Source: Styela clava (taxonomy: Eukaryota). Taken from it: DNA of 64,000 bases. Both the position numbers and the translations under genes were made by a program. Location: positions 10,292,001 through 10,356,000 of the forward strand of contig NC_135251.1 in NCBI RefSeq assembly GCF_964204865.1. Reading direction: 5' to 3'. Shown here one piece after another: positions 25,938 to 39,250 of this stretch. The notes beneath the pieces were generated by a model, which had not been told where the DNA came from, did no database searches, and saw nothing but the letters and a program-made list of their open reading frames with translations. Each line of letters opens with the position of its first letter. Position 1 is the first letter of the stretch.

Positions 25938-28900
25938 TGTTTAACTCTATTTTTTCACACTGTTAATATTTCACAAAAATGAAAAACAAAATCATTATAT
26001 TGAACTTTGAAAAGCAATCCAACGCATTTACCATAACAAAACACAAATTATCCAAATTCGGTGCAATATAAACTTAAAAATACCGATACAATAGAAATAA
26101 TATTGCACAAAGTGCTGATCTGAATTAAATAAAAGAAGACTTTTTTTAGAGTTACCGACAAGATTCCTAATAAATCTTGAAATAAAAAAACATCGAAATA
26201 AATTCAACCAAATTTCTGTGGAGTAAATAAAAATCGTATACGTATGAAAAATCGTATCGCATGCATGTTATGACCATCACAACGGCAATCTGAAACCTTA
26301 GTCACATATAAAATATTGTAGAACTTTATAAATAAATAGACATACTGCTGAACAGAATTTGAATATACAGTGAAAAGTTAGAACTTCTGATTATATGATC
26401 ATATAAACTGTTTATCCTTCCCTATAGCACCTATTGAATACATTTGTACTGAAGCAACATGAAATGGAAGAATTTAAGAGGTTTCATCACTTTAAGGTCG
26501 CTGTAACCTTATTTACCCTCTGTCTCTAAAAACTCAGCTTACTAAACCTTTTTCTTTTTAAAAATATCACCTAGGATACAATTGTAGCACCTTGTGCTTT
26601 TATTATAACAATCTACAATATAATAGGTATAGTAAAAAATCAAGATTACTCAGTGTACGAGCGAGCAAAGAAATGCAGCTCAAAATCAGTTGCCACAGTC
26701 ATATATGTGAACAGAGTTTACGTTTTTGCTGTATTTTTTTCCGATTTTTATCTAACTATTTCTCATGAATATATGTTGCTTATTTATTTATTTATCTTTT
26801 TAAAAAAAATTGGCTCAAGTATCCATTTTCAGCTTCGTTCATATAAACTGCATATGTTTAAAACTCACAAATTGCACAAAATAACTTCAAATGGAAGACA
26901 AAATTCAAACAACTTTGCTACGCTTTGTAACATAATTGGTTTATTTTACGACAATCTTATAATTTGGGCCATTTTCGCAGATTTGGATAAACAATTTTGC
27001 CTGGGGGCAGGTATAATTTTCTAGTATTCCAAGCAATTTACGTTTATTTATTTCCTCAACGCACTATCAATTTTAAATCCCACTCTGAGCCGTTGATTGA
27101 AAAGTAGCAATCAACAAAGTATCGTGAAAATGAGTTATTTCTATATTAAATTAGGCAATTTCGAATTCGCTTCATGAGTTCGCTGTAAAATATTTGAAAA
27201 TTAAAAAAATATATTCCTTGGCTGAATAAACAACCTCATCAATCACACTCTATTGCATAAATAGAAAATATAACTTGCAGTCCACCTCCACACATAAGTA
27301 TTGCTGTAAAATATTTGGATATAAAACAAAGAGCGAAATAAATAAATTTGATGACGTCATCGCATACAAAAAAAGAATTTCATAGAGGTCACAGAAATAA
27401 ATAATTAAAAGTAATGGCCTTCTAGCAAAAATACACTCTTTACAAATGAATTGGTCCACAAGTTAATATAAAAAGCGATGTTTTTTTCACAACAAGAAGA
27501 ATAAGTAAAGAAATACTAACATGATGATCAGCAACAACAAAATAACAAAAATATCCATAGGTTCATTTCATTTTTTAAAAATTTTCTCCGATGCATATTT
27601 ATTCAAGCAACTTTATCAACAGAATCCTATTGCACAAAGTCGTCAAAATTAAAACAACAGCCACCCAGCACTGAATCTATGTCCATTTCATAGCAAAAAT
27701 GTTGGACAGTAAAATCATCTACGCTGAAATACTTTTACTTCCCATTTGAATGGAATTTTCTTGCAGTTCTTGGGTTCCAGGGCTGAGTACACGAACGCAA
27801 TTTGAACTTACAGCAGATACGAAAGTCTGTAAATAATGATGAATAACTTGCAACAACAAAAAGAGATAAATGTATCGAAAAATAACAGCAACTTTTCTTT
27901 CTGGAAAAAGCGTTGGCCCATCGTGACTATTGTGTCTAATTCAAAACATTCTGGCATCGAAATTACGAAATTGCACCTTGGTATAGCTCAATTAGTTTAC
28001 TACAATTCTAGCGTGATGCGTTTCTAATGCGAATTTAATCGCATTCGTCATTCTTGTATGAATTTCAAACACTTGTTTGCACACCCGTTTGAATAATAGA
28101 TGATGATGAAGTTACTTCTCCTAAAGTCTTTAAAGTCAATTCAAGCAGAATTACAAATAAATTATTGTTGCTTCAACTTTCGTAGATGTTTGAGTAGTTT
28201 CCACATCTGCATTATGAAAGAATTAGAAATAAAATATATTTAGGATGTTTATTATTATTATTATAGATGAGTGTTCATGCCTCTATTTTTGTGTTCAATC
28301 ACAGATAAATTTCATATACGATTTAGTCTCAAATCTCGAAAAATGTAACCGTGTTTATAAAAATGAATATATAACTGAAATTTTAACCTGAATAAGCGAA
28401 ATTAATTGACCACGTATTGAAATGTAAACACGTCAAAGAAAGAAAGAATTACGGTATTTCTAACATGGAAAGCCTCCTCAAGGAAATGGAAGAGAAATGA
28501 AATAGAATTAAATCATGCCACTCGGCAAGTGGCGCGTGACCCTCGCGGATATATAATTTTATTTTAAAACAAAAAGTCAATCGACGACAGAGACGGCCAA
28601 ACCATCACTCATGCTCTTCAGATACTTAAAAGTAGGGGTTATCATCCTATACTAGAGGAATGCCACGAATTAAAAATACGCCGGGAACATTTATATGAAT
28701 TTCGAAAAAAATCTCATCCTGTTGGTCAATGCTGTTTCTGTTTCAACATTCGTAGGTGAGCTCATCCTGTAGAAGTGCCACCTTTTAAATACCACAAGAC
28801 CGAAAACTTTCTACCGGACCGGTCGCTTACGTTACCGTGGCGGATAGCGCTCTGGATCATCCCCGACAGTATCTACCATTACCGATACCAGCTCCGTGGT

Positions 28901-29551
28901 GCGTCGAACCAGTGCAATATTCCTCCTTTAATAAAGAAGTTCAAATTGGAAAAAAATGCAAGATTCATCAAAAGCTGTTTTTGCGAAGCCGATGTACAAT
29001 TAAAAAAAACTTTGATGGGGGCGGGTGGGGTAATGGGTTAAGAAGAGGAAAAAGAGAAAGGGGGACGGTAAACTAGTTGATATGGCATTCGTGGATTTAG
29101 GAATACACAAAAAACAAAAATTTGAAAACGCAATTCCGATGAAAACATTATTTCCTTCTAGTTATTTATGTACACGAATCCGTGCTGTAACTGTGAACAT
29201 TTTCTGTCAACATTTTTGACACAGTCAGGATCAATGTCAGTCAGTACTCAAGAGTTTTACAAGTGCATTCCGTCCGCTCCCTTTTCTTATTTCAATATTT
29301 TCAAGAATAAAGCAATTTAAAATCTGAAATAAGGGCAATCCGATTGTTAATGCGACGATTTTTAATTAGGAATGTAACATCGCACAAATGATCTTTCACG
29401 CCACCTCGTATTGCCACACACCAGCGAAACCTGTGTGAATTTTGGTCCCTTACTTAATACGAAATGAATTAAGAAACGATGCAATTGCAAATTCACATAT
29501 TCATATTGAATATTTTATTCACTTTTCTAAATTACAATAAAAATAATAAAA

Positions 29552-32500
29552 TCAACAATTTCCAAATAAAAAATACAATAATAAAATTATAACAACTGCT
29601 AAAATTGTCCAGGTCACGTACATTTCAAAATACATTTGTTTAAATAAAGGATGGTTCGCTTCTTGATCTTTTATCAGTCCACCATTTTTGTTGCAATGAG
29701 GAAATTCAATGTCTGGTATTGGCTTATCCAGAAATGAACACAATGGTTTCCATCCTTCTTTCAATCCAAGGACAAGTAGGCGATCTCGAGGGGCATTCTG
29801 GAATTATTAACATTTTAGTTGAAATTTTATATGCGTACAGGGCGCGACAGCTTGTAAATTGTTAATTTACAAGCTTAGAGCAAATTTAGTTCGAAATCGT
29901 TGAACAGTGGTTGAATCAGTGGTTCTCAATGTGGGGCGGGCCCCTTAAGGGAGGCGTAGACAATTTTTGAGGGGGCGCGAAGCTAATTAAAAATTAAAAA
30001 TATTCGTTAGATTTGATCTTGTCCGCCTTATTTTGGATATTTACATTCCAAAACTTTTTATCCTTTTCAATATTTACGTTCCATCCAGGTATTTTGAACA
30101 TGCATTTAGAATAAAACATAGTTTCGTCTTAATACTATCTGTTGTTTATACTATATAGCAGGGGTGGCCAACACGTCGATCGCGATCGACTGGCCGTTCG
30201 CCACGTCTCGAGCAGTCGATCGCGTCTGATGTTGAGTGTGTTTTATTGAAATACCCCCAAAAAATTGCCTCGAACCAGTTGTTTGTTTTGCAACAGGAAG
30301 AATACAGTACTTTACATACGCAAAATACAATATACACATGCAGTGCAAAGCATGTTATTACGTATAACAAATGCAATTTTTTCCGCTGCCAAGGATTAAA
30401 AATGAAGTGCCGAATATCGCGTGTCTAGACTGACAAACATTGACGATCCTACAACAACTTCCGCAGTATGCGAAATTTATTGTCTCACTCCAAGAGTAGT
30501 GTGATAAATTTTATGCGCAATAGCATCAAAATTCCCAATTTGTTCTAATTCTAATCAAGCGAAGAATCGCGTTTGGAGGAAATTGTAAACTAGATACTGG
30601 GCAGTCATGTAACATTCATGGTTTGGGAATATTTATTTTTCGCTGTTTAGATAATACTTGACGAGGTTTTTTCAAGAATTTTAATGACTAAAAATTAGGC
30701 ACGCTCTATATCTGAATTGTATGATTTAAATAAATCTTAAATAAATAATGAAACATTTACTCCGGGTACAATTTGAAAAATTCGAAAAAGGGGGCGCCCA
30801 AAAAGTTTGGGTTAAGTTTAGTCTGAATAATGACCGAAAATAACAAAAGCGACCGATAACTCTAAAATTAATCAAGAGAGGAGCTCCATAACAAAAATAC
30901 CTGGGCGCCGGTGGGCTCCGGACGATGTTCAAAGTTTCCCATTAGACTGTGTAGTGCGTATACTGATGTGTATCAGTTAAGTCGTTATTCATGAGAGTAT
31001 TGCCTCATATAGAATACAGGGGTACATTTCATTCCATTTTTAAAATTACTCGATTTTATATGAACATGGGCACGCGCTAACTGCTTTGAGAGTTTAATAA
31101 CGACTTTGAATAAATTTGCTCACAAATTTGACTGAAAGGGATCAATTGGTTAATTTCCCGATAATTTTCGAAATAAACTCACAGAATGATGATTTTAGAC
31201 GTATTTCAATTTGTAAAAGAACCTAAATACGACTCCATAACGATCAACTGCTACTTTTGGTGTAATTAAGCCAATATTAGGTTGTTCAAGTCTTGAAAAT
31301 TTTTTAAAATTGCAACGGGAATTCATGGATACCATATATTGTTTTGGCCATCACAAATGTATCAAATGAAGTAAAAATACTTAAACAATTACTGATTAAA
31401 AACGACAAACCTGGTAAAGATATATTGAGGACTGACTTCGTAACAAAATTGAAGTTGTGAAGGGATTTTACGCAACCCTGTATTTTGAATCAGAAAAGGA
31501 TAAAAGAAGATAAGAAAGATTCAACATATTTATTCGTTATACCTTTAATATATTCTTGTTGTGTTCTCTGTAAACTTTCTTTAAAACTTCATCTGGAATT
31601 CCTTCATAGGACTTTCGAAATGATTGAGGTGGAGCGTTAAAAAATGTGTAACCTTTATATATCAAAACAAAGGAGGAAATAAATCAAGAATGTGAAAAAA
31701 TAAGTATAAAAGAATCACTGTCAGGATTCAAAACCACTTTTAGGCAATGGCCAGTGTCCACAACTTTAAGTCGTTACAGTCTCGGTAGCTCTTGCCATAA
31801 GCGTGGGACCCAGGGGGGTGGGACTGGGAATGCTGATGTGCTATGGCATCTCCCAAAATTTTCAAATTTTTGATGCAACTTTGCGGCATTTGCAGTGAGA
31901 CGTAATTGTAACGCCTTTTCGAACACCAGTCTATATTATTCTTGGACGATTTACTGAAAACCAGACGTTTCCTGGCTTGCTATCAATAATCGTTTCATCA
32001 AATGAACCAACCGAGATAGATAAAAATGCGTGCTTATATAGCTTGGAGAACTTAGACAGCAAAGTAAGTCTGTAGAGAGATTCTTTAAGATATTGTTAGA
32101 TAACCGTGGCTGCTTTTATCCGGTTTTGTTCGGAGCAAAAAGCCCGAGTGATCGTCGTAATACGTCATTATACAGAAATGATTTGGGGCTCGCTACGCTC
32201 TTGGTTCTTGCCTCTTAGCTCTACAGTGGTCGTGAGGCTCAATATCGATTAGACATCAATCTCCAACACTTCTGATCCAGTGCGCGTCAACATATAAAAA
32301 TGTTTCATTTTGCATCGAGCACACTGGACTATCCTGCACAAAATGCTTTAATGCGAGGTATTTATCATATTAGCAATAAAAATGAGCAACATTCTTTTTA
32401 TGGTTTTCTGTTTGTAATCAGTCGGAACAAATACAAGCCACTGGTGCACGAGGGCCTTTTCATTTAATCTCTGAACCCTACACCTACTTCCGGCATTTTA

Positions 32501-35252
32501 AAAATGTCGTCGTTAGTTTCGAATTATTGAATTGAAAACGTGCCGTTTTGGTCAATCTTTATGGTATCATATGGCAACCCGATAGCTTAATTATGTAAAA
32601 ATTCTAGAGCACGTTACATGGAACATTTAAACTCCAACACACTTTCTGGCCTCAATCAACGTCAAAACGAGGATATCGGTCGGAGACCGAAGACTTATCG
32701 ATCGAAACTGCGGTTTCGATTCATGCCTCTATAGTGACACCGCGTGTCCCATCACTAATAAATTAATAACTCGCTAATTATACGACATAATTCATCCAAA
32801 ATCAATAGGCTTCTATTTCAAGATATGATGAATTCACATGCAAAATTTGGACAACCACGCGAGATATCGCGTGCATCTAACAGACAAACAGACAAACTGA
32901 CAAATATCTATTAATTATCGATCTAAAGATCGATAAGTAATAAAGGAAATTTAACTTATTTGTAAGTCCAGTATAACATGGCGTCGGAGATTTGAAATTT
33001 ATTCGTAATACCTCGCTTTCCAAGGACGTAGGTGGCAAAATTTAATGTTTTAATGTTAATCGAAATTGCATGAAACCACTATCTTTCAAGTTAAGAACAA
33101 AATAAACAATAGTCGAGATGAATTTCTCAATTTTCTTTTTCTGGAGCCATATTTTCTCAACGCAATTCAGACATAAAACTATTTTCTGCAGTGAGTTATT
33201 TATAAAACGTTTTTTTCATTGTTTGTGAACGCTCTGCAATCTGTCTGATTGATGTATTCTATGTTTCCAGTAATAAATTTATTGACAGGACCAATTACAA
33301 TAAAAACGTGGCATACAATTATATATCTTCCAAGTATTCGAAAATCGATTCGAAAAGAAATATTCGATTCGATTCTGAAACCATAAGGTATTCGAAAATG
33401 CCCAGCCCAAAGTAAGACACGTGGTAGTTTAAACGGACTTGTATAATTCGTACCTTCGAGGTGAAACATCTTAATGCATTTCCTTGCCGTTGGTGAAAAT
33501 AAAGCAAGAGGCATTGATAAGATTCCTGAGTTGCGTTCGTTCCAATGCTTATGCCAGCTCTTCAGCCATCCGTCTTCGTCTCTAGTCATAAATATAAGCT
33601 GAAAAGGAGGCGAATAGGGAACATGAAATAGGGTGTTTCAAAGCAGATTTTATATAGTACATCTATAACTAATATAATTCATTGTCTTTGTACGCCCCAA
33701 AGTAGGGGTTACCGAAATTGGGCACATGTACCCGCATAGGTACATTTCGACTTCGAAGCTTGCATTACGTAGAAGTATGAAAATTCCTTCTTTGAGCTCT
33801 AATATGCTTCACAATATTATTTATAACCTGATATATTTTCCTAAACTGTTTTTGAGGTTTCACTCTTCGGGTTATAAGCTTTTAAGCACCAAGAATAATC
33901 TTCAATGCAGACTTCTAACTGAATTTCTATACGATACAATTGCGCAGATCATGGTGGTATTATATGTATATGTGACATTGATACTGAGACTTTTTGGGCC
34001 TCTCCGTGAACGCAAATAAAAACAATGCTCCGTGCTTTCGCCGTACACGCGTGGTAGTAACGTGATCAGCGCACTTCAGTTGAACTTCAATTTGCCGAAG
34101 CCATTGATAAAATTTCATGTAGGATGCGTGGGAAGTCTCTCCTTTCTGACGCGCCCTCTATGGTAAACCAATCCGTGAAGCGAATTTTCGCAAGGAAACG
34201 AGTGGAGACGCTCGGTCGGCCCGCAAGGCTATGCAATATTAAATCAGATTTTTACTCGAGCAACGGTCGCAGTAAATTAACATATGGCGTTTACAATTAT
34301 ATTGATTTTTTATCCCATAAACAGCTACGTATTGCTGTTACCAAAATACACGATGAGCTTGAGTTTAAATTGGTGGTTTAAATGGTTTTTAGTAACACAG
34401 ATTTGAAGCATAAAGTATACTGTTAAAAAAAGACTAAACTAAAATTCAATTACGACTGGATTCCCGCTTAATATAGTATTATGACGCTAAAGATATGCTA
34501 TCAACAGATATTACCTTATATTGGGTGAATTAATTATACAAGTATTACAGAAGTAGTGCTGAAGTGGGCCTCGCGGTTTTTAAGGTAATTTTCTTACCGT
34601 TGTATAAAGTATTCACAATATAGAAAAAAACACACGGGACGAAACCTCGGGAAAGATTTCAAAACTTTAACTGAAGTTTTAAAATAAGACATAACAGTAC
34701 TGCACGGGCAACCTCATCTTTTGACATGGAATATAAGTTAGTTTGGGCCGATGGATCCATGCGCATATCACGGTCTTGACGAGACCAAACGTTACGGAAC
34801 TGAATGTGTATTAGTATACAGCCAGTCTTATGAATGACATAGATAGAAGTGCTGAATGCGAACAAGTATTATCCCGTACATTACAGGTCTTCAAATCCAA
34901 ACTAAAATGTCACGCAAATTGCGTGTAGCTATCATGACAAACCCAAACAAACAGCAAAATCAACCAAACCATGAGGCTGTTTTAATTTTAAGTGTCTCAC
35001 CTTTATCCCTGGGAATGCTTTAAGAAAATCTTCCCAGTACATATAAGCAGGTAGATCACTTGCCACATCCACACCAGCATACATATATCTTAGGTCATCG
35101 AGGCAACCTTTTCCAGTTGTATAATTCTTCCATACTTCGTAATGTTTCACATTAACAGACCAATAATCTGCAACCTTGTATCCTAGAAACTCCAGAGCTT
35201 TTTCAACTGATTTTGTCCCGGTTTTACAGAATCCAACAATCAAAATTTTCAT
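29552..35252 (-). CDS. Sulfotransferase-family protein (Sulfotransfer_4-like, 250 aa) with C-terminal TM anchor, 4 exons
   Basis: Exons 35252-35001 (MKILIVGFCKTGTKSV..DVASDLPAYMYWEDFLKAFP), 33598-33454 (LIFMTRDEDGWLKSW), 31652-31543 (YREHNKNIL), 29797-29552 (PRDRLLVL..EGWKPLCSFL..PDIEFPHCN, then a hydrophobic tail). GT-AG introns with phases 0,1,0; 753 nt. An in-frame upstream ATG at 35324 is an alternative start. Confidence 0.88.
30158..30775. mobile_element. hAT-like element in sulfotransferase intron 3
   Basis: Begins caggggtggccaa; ~30421-30775 is the reverse complement of ~36015-36383. Confidence 0.6.
32666..32940 (+). mobile_element. Helentron-associated (HINE/DINE-1-like) element
   Basis: 5' subterminal acttatcgatc (32693-32703) pairs with 3' gatcgataagt, which is also part of the hairpin ttatcgatc-taaa-gatcgataa; internal (cagacaaa)n microsatellite. 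Confidence 0.65.
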
Positions 35253-35422
35253 TCTTATTAAAACTGAATCAAGATGGGTCTTTCTCGGTATATTCCAACA
35301 CTCTGAATAATGTCTAACTAGCATTCGTATTCCAGTGTTCGTTCGGGCGTGAAAATAAACCCTTAGGGCTATTTATCGCCGGTCGATTTCCATTCAACCC
35401 GACTATTAGCACCCTGAATAGT

Positions 35423-35647
35423 AAGTACATCACACTGAGATTTAAAGAGGTTTTGATTGGGCTAGTTCGCGCTTGGCCATAGATATATAGATTGTTCTAT
35501 GATGGTTCATAGTTGGCCAAACAAGAGAGGTAAATTTCTCGTTTAAGTACATCACACTGAGATTTAAAGAGGTTTTGATTGGGCTAGTTCGCTCTTGGCC
35601 ATGGATATATAGATTGTGCTATGATGGCCAAACAAGAAAGGTAAATT
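35423..35647. repeat. ~120-bp tandem duplication upstream of the sulfotransferase gene
   Basis: aagtacatcacactgagatttaaagaggttttgattgggctagttcgc... occurs at ~35424 and ~35545. Confidence 0.85.
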
Positions 35648-35814
35648 TTTAGTTTGAGTTGAAATGGGGTTGGGGGGGTTTAACTTTTAGCTTCTCGATA
35701 GATCTTAATCGTTTATTTATAGAGATATTAAATTCAAAAACAAAATTATTGAAATGTGAGTGGTTTCCAACATGCTTATTCGCTAGGTTTGCACCACCCT
35801 GGAGTAGAGTATAC

Positions 35815-36383
35815 CAGGGGTGGCCAAACTGCTTCCGACCGCGATCGACTAAAATTTTCAAAATAGATCACGATCGACTGATCGATAACAAGGTCCTACA
35901 CAAAAACGAATGGACACTGAATGTGCAGATTACTGAACACACGCTTGAAAAAAAATCGCATCGACACAAAAATTGTATTTTATATGTTCCATTCAAGTTG
36001 TTGATTTGAATATTTAATTGTACCCGGAGTAAACGTTTCATTATTCATTTAAGATTTATTTAAATCATACAATTCAAATAAAGGGCGTGCCTAATTTTTA
36101 GTTGCAAGTGTTGAAAATTCTTCAAGAAACCTTGCCAAGTAATATCCAAACAGCGTAAAATAAATATTCTCAAACCATGAATGTTACATGACTGCTCAAA
36201 CTTCAGTATCCAATTTACAATTTCCTCCAAACGCGATTCTTCGCTTGCTCAGAATTAGAACGAATTGGGCATTTTGATGCCACAGCTACCATTGCGAATA
36301 AAATTTATTGCACTACTCTTGGGGTGAGACAATAATTTTTGCATACTGTGGAAGTTATTATAGGATCGTTTGTCAGTCTAGAC
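35815..36383. mobile_element. Oppositely oriented copy of the 30158-30775 element, cut off by another MITE end
   Basis: Begins caggggtggccaaa; ~350-bp inverted match to 30421-30775; followed immediately by cagtggttcccaacc at 36384. Confidence 0.6.
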
Positions 36384-36713
36384 CAGTGGTTCCCAACCTG
36401 GAGGTCGCGACCCCCTTTCTAGGGGGCCGCGAAGGTCAGTAATGAATATAATCCGGATTCCATGTATTAAGCTATTGGAAATAGTAATTTGAAAATCACC
36501 CGTCATCATAGGCTGTGACAACAAATGATTTCCATCAAAATGATGCTCCAAGCTGTCGCTAAAATATGGTTTAACTTAATCAAGTATGGATTTGGTTTAA
36601 AAAAGTTAGATTATGCTCTAGCGAAATTTTAATAATATTTGTATCACAGACTTGAAATTCTGGTATTTGGTAACTTATATTATTAAAACTAATGGAGGCC
36701 ATATATGTATACA

Positions 36714-37423
36714 GGGACCCTACTAAAAAGGTAGGTATCATAGGTATCACAGGTATCACTCCATAAAAAAATACCGGTAGGTATCAGTAATAAATGACTA
36801 AAAAGGTAGGTATCAGTAGTAGATGACTAAAAAGGTAGGTATCAGTAGTAAATAACTAAAAAGATAGGTATCAGTAGTAGATGACTAAAAAGGTAGGTAT
36901 CAGTAGTAAATGACTAAAAAGGTAGGTATCAGTAGTAAATGACTAAAAAGGTAGGTATCAGTAGTAGATGACTAAAAAGGTAGGTATCAGTAGTAAATAA
37001 CTAAAAAGGTAGGTATCAGTAGTAGATGACTAAAAAGGGGGCTCCCGAAGTATGCGAACCAAGATGGCGGACATCGGAATGTAATATGTGTACTAGGTTA
37101 GGGTTAGGCCATAATTTTAGGTATAAATACTACGGGAGGCCCTTGGCTAGTCTTCGAACTGATAATAGGACCAAAATAAGGAAAATTGGAAAAAAATTGT
37201 CGCCTAACCCTAACCTGTTACTGATACCTACCTTTTTAGTCATCTACTACTGATACCTACCTTTTTAGTCATTTACTACTGATACCTACCTTTTTAGTCA
37301 TTTACTACTGATACCTACCTTTTTAGTTATTTACTACTGATACCTACCTTTTTAGTCATTTACTACTGATACCTACCTTTTTAGTGAGTGATACCTATGA
37401 TACCTACCTTTTTAGTAGGGCCC
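36714..37423. mobile_element. Foldback-like element with arms of inverted 29-bp tandem repeats and a TTAGGG-bearing core
   Basis: Unit aaaaaggtaggtatcagtagtaaatgact (~9 copies left, ~6 inverted copies right); termini gggaccctactaaaaagg / cctttttagtagggccc; flanking direct repeat gtataca. Confidence 0.85.
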
Positions 37424-38956
37424 GTATACAGCAGTACATGAATCAACTTCACGACCCGCGACTAAACACGGCCTGATTATATAATCCTGAGCTAACAGAA
37501 AAAAACAAGATATCTACATTTCCCGACAAAGCTGATCGATCATGTTCATGTCGCACTGCAGATTGGTATTCAAAATAGCCACAGAGATCATTCTAAAATC
37601 AGGATTTATTGCTCAAATTCGACGATTATCGTCTTCACCTCAAAGCGAGAAACTAGATCAAGCTGCTTTACAAACTCAACTAAAAAATATTGAATCATAA
37701 TACTGTAATATAAATCTTTTCAACGTATAAAAAATAATTCAGCGCCCCTTGCGATGTAGAAAACTTATAAATGACTAATAGTAATCTGGGCTAATGTGCT
37801 GTGAAGCAGTTCAGTAACCTGACACGAAAGCAACGGAGTAAAAACTCGTGCAGCCGTGTGTGTTTATAACTCTCACTATACCACGATCGATACCGTAATA
37901 ACAAAGTAGGAAGAGGATTAACCCGTTGGTAGAGCAGCGTTAGATCATTACTTTAAATGTTCTTGGATTAAACGATAAAGTAACTGTCACAAAACCAGTT
38001 TCTGAATTTACTGTATAATATTCTCTGGACACGGAATAGTTCTTGTTCGTGATACACTTATTTATTACAGGATACAAAACTTACCGATAAACGCAATTGA
38101 TTAAACATAAAATAACACTTGATTCAACGTATTTTATAATAGCTTTTAGCGTGACACAATTTTTAATGTGAATTCAAAGCTGAAGGGGTAATCGGTTGAA
38201 TATTAATATTATGCCGCTCAGAATTTGGTGAACCATGTTAATATTCCGGGTTAAGATTTGTTTATTGGCAAATGAAAGGGAGTGACATTCCTGAAATTAG
38301 TCTTCGCGTTGCAAGGCTCATGTGTGAGATTATTTTGAAAGATTGTGAATAGTAATTAGAACGGAAGTATAAGATAAACGCAAAACAATGCATATCAAAA
38401 TAACATAAGGTTGTTTCAATATTTTATTTGATATTCATCGTTATTTGTAAGCCAATGATTCCTGAAGAATAAAATTAATAAGATGCGTTTAATAACGATT
38501 TATTTGTTAGAACAAACACCTTTTACCAAATTATGATATAAAAAATGTGACAGCCCAAATATTCAAGTTTTTTCTACTTATTATATAGCCATTGGGTATC
38601 ACTACAAGCCTCAAGAGAGTTAGAGGATTGCCTTTTACAATCCAATATCTCCATCGAACCTAAGTATTTTTAGCGCCAAGTTTTATTTGGTATAAATCAT
38701 GCGTTACGCTGTAACCAAATTTATTTGGCTATTTTGAGCATCGATTAGCTTTGTAGCAAATTGTCTACCAAGAAAGTGGATAGTTAGTGAATCGTACCAA
38801 AAAGAGGAAGGCACTTTACTTGAAAGTTGACCTATGAATATGAAATAATCAAGGATAAATAACAGCCATATAAGAACAGTACATAGCTAAACGTTTGTAG
38901 CAAACAACGATATACAAAATGCGCATAAAACACATGTATAATTACAGCTGTAATCC

Positions 38957-39250
38957 ATTTCACAACTTGTTCTTCATGTGCTCTGTTGTAGATATTTCCG
39001 AGATGTCCACCAATGTCTTCACACCTCTTTTTTGCTTCACCATACGTCATTAGATTAGATTTGAAAAATGTGAAGCATTTTCTCACGTATTTCAAATGGC
39101 AGAATCGTTCATCTGTTAATATGAGTGATCAATTAAATTGTATGTCCTGTTAAAAGTCTTATTCTAGTTTAAGTAAAAATCTTAGTAAAGAAGTAGTCGA
39201 CTTGGAGTCTTCATCTCATCCAAAGCATAAAAATTGACTTAGATACGAAA
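38957..39250 (-). pseudogene. Inverted, truncated copy of C-type lectin exon 3 with upstream intron flank
   Basis: 39112-38957 matches the first 156 nt of exon 43028-43245 with 9 substitutions. 39113-39250 resembles intron sequence ~42890-43027. Similarity ends abruptly after ...EQVVK. Confidence 0.85.

Noticed and set aside
28775-29076. GC-richer patch with two ORFs
   Set aside because: Non-ATG starts and no recognisable domain; probably a repeat fragment.
9175-37220. TTAGGG runs as interstitial telomeres
   Set aside because: Only about two units each, always at the same position inside a dispersed MITE.
36714-37423. Regular 29-bp repeats as a CRISPR array
   Set aside because: The units are contiguous with no unique spacers, they form inverted arms, there are no cas genes, and the context is eukaryotic.
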